Assembly: GCA_051599415.1 (NCBI GenBank)
Contig: AP039703.1
Location: 186,001 to 250,000 of the forward strand
DNA length: 64,000 bases
From: Savitreella phatthalungensis
Taxonomy: Eukaryota
Direction: 5' to 3'
Shown here: positions 23,144 to 35,400 of the stretch, piece by piece
Position numbering within the stretch: position 1 is the first letter of the stretch
Layout: every line of letters begins with the position of its first letter
Notes under the pieces: generated by a model
What the model saw: only the letters and a program-made list of their open reading frames with translations
Told to the model about the DNA's origin: nothing
The model's database searches: none
Made by a program: the position numbers and the translations under genes

Positions 23144-24140
23144 CGTGCTCAATCATCACAAATGCACAATTAATAATCGCTACTCTAGACTGTCTGTTCA
23201 GAGTGATGGTGTTGAGGACCAAAGCATGTTCTGACCGACACTTGCTCACCGACAGTCTCTCGATCATGATGACTACCTAGCTGCTTGACTTGTCCCAGGA
23301 CTCTCACCTTCTTCTACGTCAATCGAGAGATCACCCTTCCGCCGATATTCACATATGTGCTGTACATCCTTCACCTTCAGTAGAGACTCTCATCTCTAGT
23401 TTACACTATTGCCAGCACTATGGTCAGCTCTCTTCAAGGGAAGCCCATAGCTCGCGAAGATCGCAGGAAGGGATATTGCTCGGGATCCTGAGTTAGATAC
23501 AGTACGGTGAGGTGGCTTGAGGCGGTGAAGATGATTTATAATTGGACGCCTCTCTATCACCACTGACGATATCCTAACTCCCAACTCATAAGATTGACGA
23601 AACAACTCCAGATGGTCATCCACATCCAGTCTCCGTACGATGAAAGCTATTGAGTGCTTGAGTGACAATGCAACTACCGAAAGGATGGAGAATCTCATGA
23701 GAGACAGACTCTGGAGAGCTATGTACAGATGGTATGACATATATCACTCATCCATCCAGAGATTGCCAGCCCCAAGTTGATCGACTTAAGACAGTCTATG
23801 GTCAACTGAACCGACCAACTCCTCTTCGATCCGATGGAGTCAATCCTTTGTCGCCGCCTCAGGCCACAATCTTCCGTATTGATCCCAGCTTGAATGAGGA
23901 ACAGCAGACCTTAGCTCACTCTGACCGTCCAGCGTTCACTTTAGCCGGTCTGATGCACATGTTCCAGCACAATTGACAACACTCTTCCACATGATGACAA
24001 ACCGATCTCTACACCATACTTTGGCCACCTATCTCCACACAAGGGCATATAACCATCAGGTCATCCATTGTGTCTTGACAATTACAAAGTCGATACTCTC
24101 TAGAATCTCGACTAGCTCTCCCGACTAGCACAAGCACAGA

Positions 24141-24944
24141 ATGAGCAAGGGAAACGTCTATGATTCTTTTAACGTGGCACTCGTCACTGGTGGCGCAGGA
24201 GGACTCGGCCGCGTCATTGCAGAGAACTTCATCAAGCACGGAAAGAAGGTGATTCTAGCTGGCAGAACATTGTCTAAGCTTGAAGCGACCGCTAAGGAGC
24301 TCGGCTCTGGCGTTGCCGGTGTGGTGGAGGTTGACACTGGCAAGCTTGACGCTCTTCCTCATTTCGTGAAGGATGTGACCTCCAAGTACCCTGAACTCGA
24401 CTGCTTCGTCAACAATGCCGGCATCATGCACAATCACGACCTCGCTGGAATGGGCGGCAAATCGCAGGAATACCGGAACGAGGTGAACATCAACATCACC
24501 GGTGTCGTCGAACTCTGCAACTTGTTCATCCCTTACCTTAAAACCAAATCGAGCGGTGCAATCATGAACGTCAGCTCTGGTCTCTCGATCGTACCGATCG
24601 CCATCACGCCCGTATACTGCGGAACGAAGGCATTCGTCAAGTTCTTCACGATGACGCTTCGTGCCCAGGTGGAGGCGAACAAGGATACTCGGCACATCCG
24701 CGTGATTGAGATTGTCCCACCGCTCGTCGACTCTGACCTCCACCGGAACTTCGACAACGGCCTGCCAGACAACATCGCCAAGAACGCGATTTCCCAGGAC
24801 ACCTTCATTGCTCACATCGAGGAAGGACTCCAGGCAGGCAAGGACCTCGTCGCCGCTGGCTCTGCGCGCGACCGCACGAAGCAATGGCAAGACACCTTTG
24901 GAGGCGCGTTCGAGATGATGAATCCGTCTCCCAAGGACGCATAA
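24141..24944 (+). CDS. Short-chain dehydrogenase/reductase (DltE-like)
   Basis: TGGAGGLG Rossmann motif, NNAG, NVSSGL, catalytic YCGTK, VIEIVPPLV. Confidence 0.9.
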   Translation: MSKGNVYDSFNVALVTGGAGGLGRVIAENFIKHGKKVILAGRTLSKLEATAKELGSGVAGVVEVDTGKLDALPHFVKDVTSKYPELDCFVNNAGIMHNHDLAGMGGKSQEYRNEVNINITGVVELCNLFIPYLKTKSSGAIMNVSSGLSIVPIAITPVYCGTKAFVKFFTMTLRAQVEANKDTRHIRVIEIVPPLVDSDLHRNFDNGLPDNIAKNAISQDTFIAHIEEGLQAGKDLVAAGSARDRTKQWQDTFGGAFEMMNPSPKDA

Positions 24945-25105
24945 CCTCTACACAGCTATAGTACCATAGAAATGATATCATGCACGATCACTATCTACAC
25001 TTCCTTCTAATTAACATATGTGCCTTCAACGGCCCCACACAGCCACACCCGCATTTATCTATACCAGCACCCATCTTCGCACAACGCCGACACCTCATAC
25101 CACCT

Positions 25106-25617
25106 ATGGCTCGCTCGACCGTCCTCTCGCCAGACGAGATCACCACACTCGGTGCTGCGACATTGGACGCTCGACGGCTGTCGTACTCGCCGTACTCGCG
25201 CTTCCGGGTGGGTGCTGTGGTGCTGGACAGTGCCGGTGGCGTGTACCGTGGCGCGAACGTCGAGAACGCTGCGTACAGCGGTATCTGCGCCGAGCGTGTA
25301 GCGTTGACCAAGTGCGTGACGGACGGGGACGTGGCGGAGAAGCTGGGATCGGAAGGCAGGAAATTGAAAGCGGTGGGGGTGGCGAGTGATGCTAAGACTT
25401 CTTGGACCACACCGTGCGGCTCGTGCAGGCAGTTCCTCAGAGAGTTCTCGGCCGGCGAGCTCGAAGGTAAGTGTTAAGGGGAAGGGAAAGGGGAGAGAGA
25501 GAGACTGACGAGAGGGCGGGTGTAGTGTATATGTTCAGGGGAGAAGGAGAGTATATGATGATGACGTTGGCCGAGTTGCTACCGGAGAGTTTTGGACCAG
25601 ACTCGCTCGGCATGTAG
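25106..25617 (+). CDS. CDD1: Cytidine deaminase, 2 exons (25106-25466, 25526-25617)
   Basis: SPYSRFRVGA, GANVENAAY, CAE and PCGSCRQFLREF zinc motifs; intron GTAAGT...CTGAC...TAG at 25467-25525 restores the conserved tail TLAELLPESFGP. Confidence 0.93.
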
Positions 25618-25712
25618 GCACAGGGAGATCTTTCTCGGCAGGCACACAAAGTGATGTATAAGGGAATCGATACGTACATGAGAATACAGAACGTCATGGT
25701 GTGCGTTCGTGC

Positions 25713-26960
25713 TCAAACGATGAGGAAGCCATCAGCGTCGGCATCGAGACCTGCTTGTCTGACGGCTTCGTCGATCAGGGTTTCTTTGCGGAGTCGCTCG
25801 TCAAGGAGGATGCGATTGGCCGCAGCGAGTTGGCGTTCAAGGTCTTTTGTGCGGTCTTGCGACCACTTGAGCCTGCGTTTGAGGATCTTGGCACGGCCGC
25901 GTGTGGATGTCTCTTGGTTTAGGAGGTCATCTTCCTCGTCGTCGTCGAGCAGGACATCCGCATCGTCATCGACGACACCCCTGGCCTGCGGCCGCTTCGC
26001 TAGTCCAAACAATTGTGCCAGCGTCAGACCGTGCCTGACGCGCTGCCGAGCTTCGCGCTCCTGCTGGATGAAGGCGGCGGAGCCTGCCGGTGGGCCTGGC
26101 TCTGAGCCAGGTTCGCCTGGGCCTTTGAGGGGGTCCATGTCGTGGTTGGTGCGCATGTGCTTCGCGAGAGCGTCTGATCTTGTGAATGAGCGATCACACT
26201 CCGGGAGCTTGCAGAAGAACGGCTTCTCGCCCGTGTGGGAGCGCATGTGGGCGACGAGGGCGAATCGCGACGTCTGGTTTGCGCCTTTCCGAGGACAGTC
26301 AGTCCACTCGCACGTGTACTTGGACCGGCGCGAACCGAGGTGCTCGTCATTCAAGTGCGTCACAAGACGATCGACGCTCCCGAGATCACGCCGGCATTCG
26401 GCACCACCAGCATCGTCCATCTGCCACCGGCACACCGTCACAGGCTCTTCCTCTTCACCAATTCCAAAATTACCGCTCCAAAGCTCAGCCGAGGTGAGCA
26501 CGAAGGACGTGTCTGTGTCAGACGACTCATACAGCGCGTCCTCGTCACCGCCTCTGCCATCAGCTTCTGAGCCACCGTCCTGTGCCATGTCACCATTACC
26601 GTTCCCGGCGACGTTGCCGTTGCCATTTCCATGACCAATGCCATTCGGATCTGCAGAGGAGTTACCAGCGATAACAAGCGTATTGGTCGGTGCAGGGGCT
26701 GCCGGATCTAGGGAGTGATTTGTGGAAGTCATGGCTAGGGTATCTCCCAACGGAGGATCTCTGTAGATGGTTGTGATCGGGGGCGGTGGTATCCGCGCGC
26801 CAGTAGTCTGATCTCGTAATTCGTTGTTGCTGTTGCTGATGCTGTTGCCGACGTCTCTGGTCACGCCAATGTCGCGCGCTGGATCGAATGCAGGTCTGCG
26901 TGGAGGTGATCCTGCAGATGCTGGCGCGCGTGATCCATGTGATTCATCTTCCTGCATCAT
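25713..26960 (-). CDS. iec1: C2H2 zinc-finger protein resembling INO80 subunit Iec1
   Basis: Three C2H2 fingers (CRW...HLNDEH; CEWTDC...[21 protein letters not shown]...[13 protein letters not shown]) plus a C-terminal coiled coil; first ATG at 26960. Confidence 0.75.
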   Translation of the reverse strand: MMQEDESHGSRAPASAGSPPRRPAFDPARDIGVTRDVGNSISNSNNELRDQTTGARIPPPPITTIYRDPPLGDTLAMTSTNHSLDPAAPAPTNTLVIAGNSSADPNGIGHGNGNGNVAGNGNGDMAQDGGSEADGRGGDEDALYESSDTDTSFVLTSAELWSGNFGIGEEEEPVTVCRWQMDDAGGAECRRDLGSVDRLVTHLNDEHLGSRRSKYTCEWTDCPRKGANQTSRFALVAHMRSHTGEKPFFCKLPECDRSFTRSDALAKHMRTNHDMDPLKGPGEPGSEPGPPAGSAAFIQQEREARQRVRHGLTLAQLFGLAKRPQARGVVDDDADVLLDDDEEDDLLNQETSTRGRAKILKRRLKWSQDRTKDLERQLAAANRILLDERLRKETLIDEAVRQAGLDADADGFLIV

Positions 26961-27365
26961 TGACAGTCCGAGCACCCAGACTTAGATGTAATCACCAGGA
27001 GCTCTCTCCCAACAGCCTGGCTACCGCCTCCAGGCTTGCCTAGTCGACTGACTGACTGGCTGACTGACTGACTAGCGTAGACCTGTAGCGAAGAGGTACT
27101 GTCGTAGCTGGGCCGTGGTGGATTGTATACTGTACTATCACAATAGAGTACACTTGATCGAGTCAGTAAAGCGCTGCATGAGAGCGCAATTTCTAGATCT
27201 CCATAGAATCTATTGTTCAGATCAAATTCATCCTATAATATTCATAGCTGAGCATACGGACACTTGCTACCACACAGACACAAGAGCAGCTGAGCTACTT
27301 GCTGACTCACAACACTGCGCTCGATTCAGATAATCCCTTGTCCTCGAGCTGATCAGTAGTTGAGA

Positions 27366-27899
27366 ATGACGGACATCCTTGCGCCTGACTTTTCAAGGCA
27401 GAAGTTTGCATTTGACAGCTTCTTGAAGACGACATTGAACTACGGTGCAGATCGAAGCGCCCAAGATGCTGCTCAAAAGGCGATGCATCCAACAAACAGC
27501 CGACTGAACTCGATCGTGTGCAAACACTGGTTGCGTGGGCTGTGTAAGAAGGGAGATGGATGTGAGTTCCTTCACGAGTACAACCTGCGACGGATGCCTG
27601 AATGCAAGTTCTTCCAGCAGCACGGATGGTGCCAGCAGGGAGAAGAGTGTCTGTATGTTCACACAGATCCAGAGTCAAGGCAGGGAGTGTGTGAGTGGTA
27701 CAGACTCGGGTACTGTCCACTTGGGCCAGAGTGCAGGAAGAAGCATATCAGGAAGCAGATGTGCAAGCTCTATCTAACAGGATTCTGTCCACGTGGACCA
27801 CAGTGTCCAGACGCCCATCCAAAGTGGCAGATACCGTTCCACGGCCCACAACCGATTCGGAGAAGTACGCAGTTGCAGCAAGTCCAGCAGCAGGGATGA
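27366..27899 (+). CDS. YTH1: mRNA 3'-end processing factor Yth1/CPSF30
   Basis: [30 protein letters not shown] and three further CCCH fingers; ATG at 27366. Confidence 0.94.
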   Translation: MTDILAPDFSRQKFAFDSFLKTTLNYGADRSAQDAAQKAMHPTNSRLNSIVCKHWLRGLCKKGDGCEFLHEYNLRRMPECKFFQQHGWCQQGEECLYVHTDPESRQGVCEWYRLGYCPLGPECRKKHIRKQMCKLYLTGFCPRGPQCPDAHPKWQIPFHGPQPIRRSTQLQQVQQQG

Positions 27900-28002
27900 G
27901 TTTTGAAGAGTGAGGCTATGATGCGCTCGGATCTACCTATCATCTCTCAACTCCGCTTGATTGATCATGTACTTATGTACTATTAGCGCTCTAATACTTA
28001 GG

Positions 28003-28041
28003 GACAATGACAATGACAATGACAATGACAATGACAATGAC
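28003..28041. repeat. (GACAAT)n microsatellite, ~6.5 units
   Basis: Read directly, downstream of YTH1. Confidence 0.9.
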
Positions 28042-28921
28042 GAGTGAAGAATGACTCTCGTGCGTGCATGTACGGAGGGAGTTGTATGACTGTCGAACTC
28101 CCAAGTCAAAGACTTGCAGGTAGTTGTACGATGAGCAAAGTAGTAGCCATGACTAGCTGGGGTGATGGTGTATGTGCGCCCATCAAGTGCTCTCTGTTCA
28201 TATCAACCTGCTGGTAGAACTGTCTTGTGCATTCAGTAGAATTTTATATTGAGTCTACTCAAGTCACGTGCCTTTGATCTTATGCATTCAGAATCCCGCT
28301 CCAGTCTCCAGTCGAACTGTGCCTGTAGCGTTACACACTCCAGGTCACTCACTCCAGGTCACTCACACCTCCAATCTCTACTTCAGCAACCCTTTTCACA
28401 GCAGCGAGTCCTTGACCAAAATCTGTGATGCTCGTCTAAACAACGAGGTCACAGTGTGCGGCAGGACTCGTCGTGTTGCTCATTCGCGCCCTGAAGTTTC
28501 GGAATCTTTCCTTGCTTCGTCCGTGGCCGAGTTAGTGGAGCAATCGTTTCTCCGGAGACCTTTGCTTCCGAGCGTCTAACTTGCAGTCCGAGAGCATCAA
28601 GGCTCAGTGGGCATAGGCACCCTTTCTCTTCTCCTTTGGAAATAGATTGTTCCTGCCCGCGCCTGCACATCCAACGCTATCGAAGACTATCAATTTTATC
28701 CATCCATCATCCATCCCACCATCCGCAGTCCTCAATTATCATCATGATCATCATCATTCTCCTTGTCGTCATCCTCTTGCTTGCACTTGCGCTCAGTCAC
28801 TTAACATCCATGACCTGTCATCATCATTACTGTCATCATCAGTGTACGCCGTGTACGTTTGTGAGGAACCATGTATATCCACTCGCTGCGCTTTCCTCAT
28901 CCTCACGCGAGGGTGTCGATC

Positions 28922-29603
28922 TCAACGGTTCTGCAGCTCATGAACCTCCTGCTCGAGCACTGCATTCGCAACAGCAATCTCGATGTTGTCGCTCACCAAC
29001 TGCTTCCACTCGCTCTCGAGCTGAGCGAGCTCCTGACCTATGTGTTCCTGCTGATGCCGCTTGCGTGCACCGTTGACGGCATCCGTCCTTTTTCTGACCT
29101 TCCTGATATCTGCTTCAACAGCGGCGAGCGCGAGCTCATCTGCGTGGACAGCAGTCGCCCAAGCGTCCTGTCCCACCCGATCGAGCACAGCCAGATTGGC
29201 ATGCCGCGTCCGCATCGCCTCTGCAGCAACCGCGTGTCGGCGACCTGCAGCCACCCAAGCACCTTCGTCTTCGTCAGGTCCAGGCAAACGCATACTCTCA
29301 TACCGCGAAATGTCAACCCCGCCAACCATCCGCATGACACCGCCGCCGACCCGGCTGACTTCAGCCTCCATCATCACACTCAGTCGAGATGGTATCAGCG
29401 CAGGAATGTCAGCGTGCAGTGCTGTTTGTGTAGATTTGGTGAATGTGCTCTTAGCTAGCTCTGCCGCGATCAGAGCATCTGCCGCATCGAGCTCATCGTC
29501 TGTAGGCTGTCTGTCAAAATCTAGGAAGCGAGTCAGTAATTGTCACCGCGCAGGAACAAAACGGGCTCTTCTTACATGGTAGTGAGTCAATCACACTGGT
29601 CAT
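28922..29603 (-). CDS. SPF27: Prp19-complex splicing factor Spf27/Cwf7/BCAS2, 2 exons (29603-29576, 29520-28922)
   Basis: Splicing the intron at 29575-29521 (GTAAGA...TACTGAC...TAG) gives MTSVIDSLPYFD; also GGVDISRYE and VNGARKRHQ...LESEWKQLVSDNIEIAVA. Confidence 0.88.
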
Positions 29604-29807
29604 CGCGTATCTGTGAAGGCTGTAGCCTGATCGTACGATTGAAGCTGCTCGTATCGTAGATGTCGTTATTGTGACGGCCTTACTTTTGATTGCCTACCTA
29701 CCTTGGGCTAATGGAATCTTCAGGCCCCACAAATTAGACGCGTGCCTACGCCGTCACAAGGCCGCCTCAACACACATCTCTTGAGCTACGCATCTCCCGT
29801 TCAGGGA

Positions 29808-30629
29808 ATGTCGCAATTGACAGCGCCAGCAGATGGCGGCCTACAGCTATCCATTGCAAAAAGCGCGCCAGAACCAGCATCAATTGCATCACTAGATGCT
29901 GCAGCACGAGACGGTACGATAGAAGATTGGTCTACTGCATCGGGTGCTTGGCGACAACGTCTGCGTGAACTGGTGCAAAGGTGGTGTGGTAAGGACGGTG
30001 ATGTCCTTGGTCAGCAGCTAGACGAGTTCAAGGATGCGCCACCACACACGGTGCAGCGGCTTGCCGAGCTACTGGCCGACCCAGGCAGATGGTATGATGG
30101 CGCGCCCGACAAATTCTACAGGGCACTCGAGCGCGTCCTCACCGTCACCTCCACCACCGCAGACTTCCCAGTTGAGCCTGTCGGCCCAAGCGACGCAGTC
30201 GTCGGCGGACACCAGATTGCCCAAGACGCTCTCCTCATCCCAATCCCATGGCTTAAACATGACAGCGATGCAACACTTCCAGACACGGCACCATCGACAG
30301 CACAATCAGCAGATGTCATCCGGGCGAACGACGGTGAGGACAGTGGTCATGGGTCAGCTGGGGCAGGTGGTGTACGATCTGGGAACAGCGTGAATGGCAA
30401 CACAACCACGACGATGCCCAATGGTGTCAAGATCACCTACACCTCAGGTCCACTTGATGACATCGATGATGCCAGTAGCCAGAGTGCTGCAACACCAGCA
30501 GTAGGCTCTGCACCGATCGATGCAGCAGACGTAGGCGCTCAGCCTGCCGCCGTGCAGCAAATGCTAGCTGGAAGTGGCTCTATCAAAGCCACTGACGACA
30601 CGAAGGCTGGTGGCGTTCAAGAGGAGTGA
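29808..30629 (+). CDS. Protein phosphatase 4 regulatory subunit 2 (PPP4R2/Psy4-like)
   Basis: PPHTVQRLAELLADP...Y...KFYRALERVLTVTS, followed by LIPIPWL; ATG at 29808. Confidence 0.8.
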   Translation: MSQLTAPADGGLQLSIAKSAPEPASIASLDAAARDGTIEDWSTASGAWRQRLRELVQRWCGKDGDVLGQQLDEFKDAPPHTVQRLAELLADPGRWYDGAPDKFYRALERVLTVTSTTADFPVEPVGPSDAVVGGHQIAQDALLIPIPWLKHDSDATLPDTAPSTAQSADVIRANDGEDSGHGSAGAGGVRSGNSVNGNTTTTMPNGVKITYTSGPLDDIDDASSQSAATPAVGSAPIDAADVGAQPAAVQQMLAGSGSIKATDDTKAGGVQEE

Positions 30630-30653
30630 ACTGGATGCACTGCATTGGGTCAA

Positions 30654-31928
30654 TTAAGGGTGAGCTTCGTCTATAATGCTCTTGAGGACTCGTACAAAGT
30701 CGCGGGCTTCGTCGATCGAATTGTAATGGACGAGACTTATGCGGACGGCGTACTGATCGCCATCGTCTCCTCCCAGCAGGTGATCCATCATCCGCTTCGA
30801 GTACATGTGTCCATTTCGGAGACCGATCTTGGATCGTCGGTGAATGGCATCAACAATCTCGCTTGACTTGCGCCCCCGTACTCTGAAGCTAATCAGCGGC
30901 ACGCGCAACTTCGCATCCCCTGACGATCTACCGAAGATCTCAAAGACATCCGATTTCTCACGCATGTACGACAGGATCACCTCCGACAGGGTTTGCTCAT
31001 GTGCAGCAATCAAATCGAAGGCTTTCACCACATCCCGGTGAATACCTGCTGCATCATCATCGTCCGTCGGAGTACCCGTGGCAAGACCGCGAAGGTATGC
31101 GACGACCGATGGGACGGAAGCCTGGAGCTCGTACGCGCCGCCAGCCAGACCGAGCCGTGTGCCGAGGTCTGTTCCCGTGTGGAAGTAATGACCGAGGGTG
31201 TCAAGTCGTTCCTGAGCCGCACGCGACGCGTACAGCATTGCGATGTGCGCACCATACACCTTGTACCACGAGAAGCAGTAAAAGTCAGCCCCCAATGCGC
31301 GCACATCCACAGCACGGTGCGGTGCGAAAGCGACCCCGTCCACGCACACCTGAGCACCACTCGACTTGTGAACAAGCTCACACACACTCCGCACATCGTT
31401 GATCCCGCCGAGCATATTGGAGCAGTGAGTGAGGGTGACTAGCCGTGTGCGGTCGTTCAGCAAGGCCGCGAGGTCGTCGAGGTGTAGCTGCTGTGTATCC
31501 TTGCGGACTCGCCAAGGGTGCAGCTTGAGCCGACGCAAGGCTGCAAGCCTGTGCCAGGGTGAAATGTTGGCTTCATGGTCCATCTCCGACACCACAAGCT
31601 CGTCACCTTCCTCGCACCGGAGAGCCAGCGACAGGTTCGTGAACAGCTGCGTTGTAGAACTCCCAAACACGACCTCATCCCCGCCAGCACCACCCACATA
31701 CGCGGCACCCACAGCCGCTCCACGGCTCACAGCAGCAGAAGACGACCGCGATACACCATACAGCCCGCCCAGCTGAGCGTTCGTCGTATACAGATAGTTC
31801 GAGATGTACTCGACAACGCTCCCCAAGACCTGCGTACCGCCTGCATTGTCCGCGTATACCGTGTCAGTCTTGCTCAGAGCTGGGAACTGTGCCCGAACGG
31901 CATCGATATCCAGCGTATGCATTGGCAT
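30654..31928 (-). CDS. Class-V PLP-dependent enzyme, cysteine desulfurase-like family
   Basis: LDIDAVRAQFPAL, YADNAGGTQV, DHEANI, CVDGVAFAPH, PLP-Lys motif SWYKVYG, VRISLVHYN; ATG at 31928. Confidence 0.88.
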   Translation of the reverse strand: MPMHTLDIDAVRAQFPALSKTDTVYADNAGGTQVLGSVVEYISNYLYTTNAQLGGLYGVSRSSSAAVSRGAAVGAAYVGGAGGDEVVFGSSTTQLFTNLSLALRCEEGDELVVSEMDHEANISPWHRLAALRRLKLHPWRVRKDTQQLHLDDLAALLNDRTRLVTLTHCSNMLGGINDVRSVCELVHKSSGAQVCVDGVAFAPHRAVDVRALGADFYCFSWYKVYGAHIAMLYASRAAQERLDTLGHYFHTGTDLGTRLGLAGGAYELQASVPSVVAYLRGLATGTPTDDDDAAGIHRDVVKAFDLIAAHEQTLSEVILSYMREKSDVFEIFGRSSGDAKLRVPLISFRVRGRKSSEIVDAIHRRSKIGLRNGHMYSKRMMDHLLGGDDGDQYAVRISLVHYNSIDEARDFVRVLKSIIDEAHP

Positions 31929-32407
31929 GACGTTAGTTGATAAGATACACGGCCTAGATATATAGGAGTCGAAACAGGCCTGATGACCCACGGATGACAC
32001 GAGTCGTGAAGAAGGAGTGGGTGGGAGGATGTCGTACAGAAGATGTGGTGTGGAGGTCGGGTAATTGACCAATCAGCGTCGAGTCAGATGTTTACAGGTG
32101 TTTCCATCAATTTTGTACTATTATAAATAAAAATAGGAGTGTATCGATGAATGATCCAGACACCCACTAAAACACTCAAAGCTAAGCATTTCAATCGCGA
32201 CAACGTCACACACAACAGACCTCATCTTCTTCTATCTCGTCTGCATCACCTCTGTGAAAGTCTACAAGGACGTAGAGAATCGAAAAGGCTCAAAGTAGAC
32301 TTTGCTCTAAGCCATTTGACATGATCCTATAGATAGAGCTGCTCGAAAGATCTGTACAGAGAGTCTTCTAGCCTCGGGCCTAGATTGTAGGCATACACTG
32401 GCCAAGC

Positions 32408-35400
32408 ATGTCGACCATGCAAACACAGTTCAATACTCCTGGCCGTCAGCATTCTTCACAGCATCAGGGATCTCAGACACAGTCTCAGTCGCAGTCGCAA
32501 TCACAACTACATTTGCAGTCGCAGTCGCAGTCGCAGTCACAGTCACAGTCACAGTCACAGGCTCATGGAGGATCGCGTCCCCAGCAGCAACAACAACAAC
32601 AACAACAACCACAGCAACAGCAGACACAACAGCAGCATGGACAACAGTATGGGCAACTACGGCACGGCACACTGATATCTGCATCACAGTCGAAACCATC
32701 CCTACCTAATGACCCTTTCTTTGCGGCTCTCATGCTCGCCAACCAGGCAGTCAACGGCTTCATATCCTCAGACAAAGGTTGGCCTGAACTTGGAGACATC
32801 ATGGGCCAGGGCTCGTCAAATGAGTACGTTTGGCATGAACAACCAGCATGGAGACCCTTCCACCGCACACGCATTGTCAATATCCCCGACGCCATCTTCG
32901 AGCAATACAACTCGACAGAGTGCTTCACACAGATGGGTCTCTTTGGTGAGCTCGGAAGGGCTTGGATCACTGTTGATAATCGCCTCTATCTCTGGAACTA
33001 CGCCAATGGACAGGACTTCCAGGCATACGAAGAGCATCCACACACCATCACAGCCATCAAGCTCGTCAAGCCAAAGACCGGTGTCTTCGTTGACTCGATA
33101 AAACATCTCCTCGTTCTTGCGACGCCACATGACATTTTCCTGCTAGGTGTCGCTCCGTCCTCCAACAAGCAGGCGCCCGGCGAGCTGCAATTTTACGCGA
33201 CAAAAATGACGGCGCCTGTCGTGGGTATCGACGTCACCTGCATCGCCTCCACAGCCTCAGGTCGCATCTTCTTCACCGGCAAGGCAGATACGCACATCTA
33301 TGAACTTGTCTACCAGGCAGAAGAAGGCTGGTTCTCCCGCAGATGTAGCAAGATCAACCACACAGGCTCAGCCATCGACAATTTCCTACCCGCTGGACTT
33401 GCATCCAAGGCAAGCGAGTCCATCACGCAACTCATTGTTGACGACTCCCGCAACATCCTTTACACTCTGTCCAACAAGTCAACCATCCGTGCATATTCCA
33501 TCGTCGCTCCTGCCTCGCTCAACCACGCAGTCACTTACACGTATTCAAGCGCAGTCTCCCACGCCCAGATGCTGAACGCCGGCTCTCCTCTGCTTGACCC
33601 ACGCTCCACATCTCTCGTCTCCATACAATCAATTTCAATCCAAGAGTCAAAGCAGGTCCTCCTCGTTGCCACCACCAACACCGGTTGCAGGTTGTACATG
33701 CGCTCGACGCAAGGTGGCTACTATGCTCAACAATCGAGCGGCACAAGCGGCATCAGCTCGCTCCAGGTCTCACATGTCCGATTCCCTCCGTCACCTCCGG
33801 CACAGCAGACACAACAGCCACAGCCGCAGCACCTTCAGAACCAGCAAGCCTTTGGCCGGCCTGGACAACAGAATCCATTCTCATCACAAACGCCCAGCAA
33901 GCAACCGTTCGGATCACAGAATCAGCTCGTCAAATCGCCCGGACAAAATATACGTCCACAGCCACCACAGCAGCAGCAGCAGCAACAAGGTCAGCAGGCC
34001 CCGAGCTCCACCTTGGCCAACACCATCGGTGCACGTTCATTCGCACCTGGTCTTTTCCTCGCATTCAAGCGCAACGGTCAAGCCAGCGCTGGCGATGTTC
34101 TCTTCTCATCTGCTCCCGAGCTTAATCGCCTCGGTTTGCAGCTGGCGGCTGGCAATATGCGTCCACTGCTGATCGAGTCATGCTGCTATGTGCCGATCGA
34201 GGGTTTTGTCCAGGATATCTGCCTGGTCGGTGCTTCTGTCACTGGCCCTTTGGGCACCGAGCTCACGACGCAGTTCACTCGTCCGCCGTCCACATTCGCG
34301 GTGCTTACCAACACAGGCGTGCACATGCTCGTGAAGCGAAGGACGGTCGATGTGCTTGCGGCTGCACTCAGGTACGGCCCGTCTGCCACATCAGGCCTCG
34401 AAAGCGAGATGCGCCGGTTCTTCGAGAACATCGGCCGGGCAGAAGGCTGTGCTGCCTGTATCGGCGTCATCTGCGCATCTCTCGACGGCAGCGACATCGA
34501 GACGACCACGAACATCGCCGGCACGCCAGCACGGTCCGGCAAGCTGTCTGCGGCGGAGGTACAGGACACCGTCAGGCGCTATTTCATCGAATTTGGTGGG
34601 CGTGCGTACATCGACGAGTCTCAGAACCGGGTATTCGCAGCAGATGGGAGCGTCATGCCGCCCACCCTCGACATGGTCAAGCTTTCAGGCCGCCATGGCG
34701 GTATCGCGCTGTACATCGCTCGACTTGTCGCCTCATTCTACAAGATCCCAGTGGTCCGACAGGTGCCAGCAGCGCCACCGCGCAAAACCGACTACGTCAC
34801 CAGTTTGCCCGCGTCGCAAATGGCCGAAGTTCAGAGCAGGATGGTCGCCCTTCAGCAGTTCCTCGAGCAGAACCGGAGCACGATTGAGGGTCTCAGCGGA
34901 CCTGATCGCCTAATGAGCACCCAATCACGTCAGGAGGAAGTCGTCGTCCAGGCAGAGCACAGAGGCATGCATGCTCTGACAGTCCTGATCTCGCAGATCA
35001 TTGAGGGCATCTCCTTCCTCCAGGTCCTATCGGACACGCCAGATGGCAAGCTGACCGACCTCGTCCAGTCCCTACCCACGCCACAGGCCCAGCAGGACCT
35101 CACGAAACTCACGTTCGAAGAACTTTTCAGCTCAGAGCGGGGTCGTGAGCTCACCAAAGATCTCGTCGCCACAATTGTCAATAGCCGAATTGCTCAGGGT
35201 GGTACGGTCGAATCAGTGAGCGACAGTCTACAGAAACGGTGTGGAAGCTTCTGCTCTCCACAGGATGTCGTCCTTTACAAGGCAATCGAGAAGTTGAAGC
35301 ACGCGAAAGAGCAAACAGCGCAGCGCGATCGCGACACCACGCTGAACGAGTGCCTGCGGTTGTTCGAGCATGCCGCATCCTCACTCACCGTCCAAAACCT

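Noticed and set aside
23400..23980. Short ORFs and splice-like signals between MDM12 and the SDR gene
   Set aside because: No consistent spliced reading frame could be built; possibly a relic but unsupported.
27900..28920. Small ORFs in the 1-kb gap between convergent YTH1 and SPF27
   Set aside because: Translations are driven by (CAT)n and other simple repeats; no coding signature or recognisable ncRNA.
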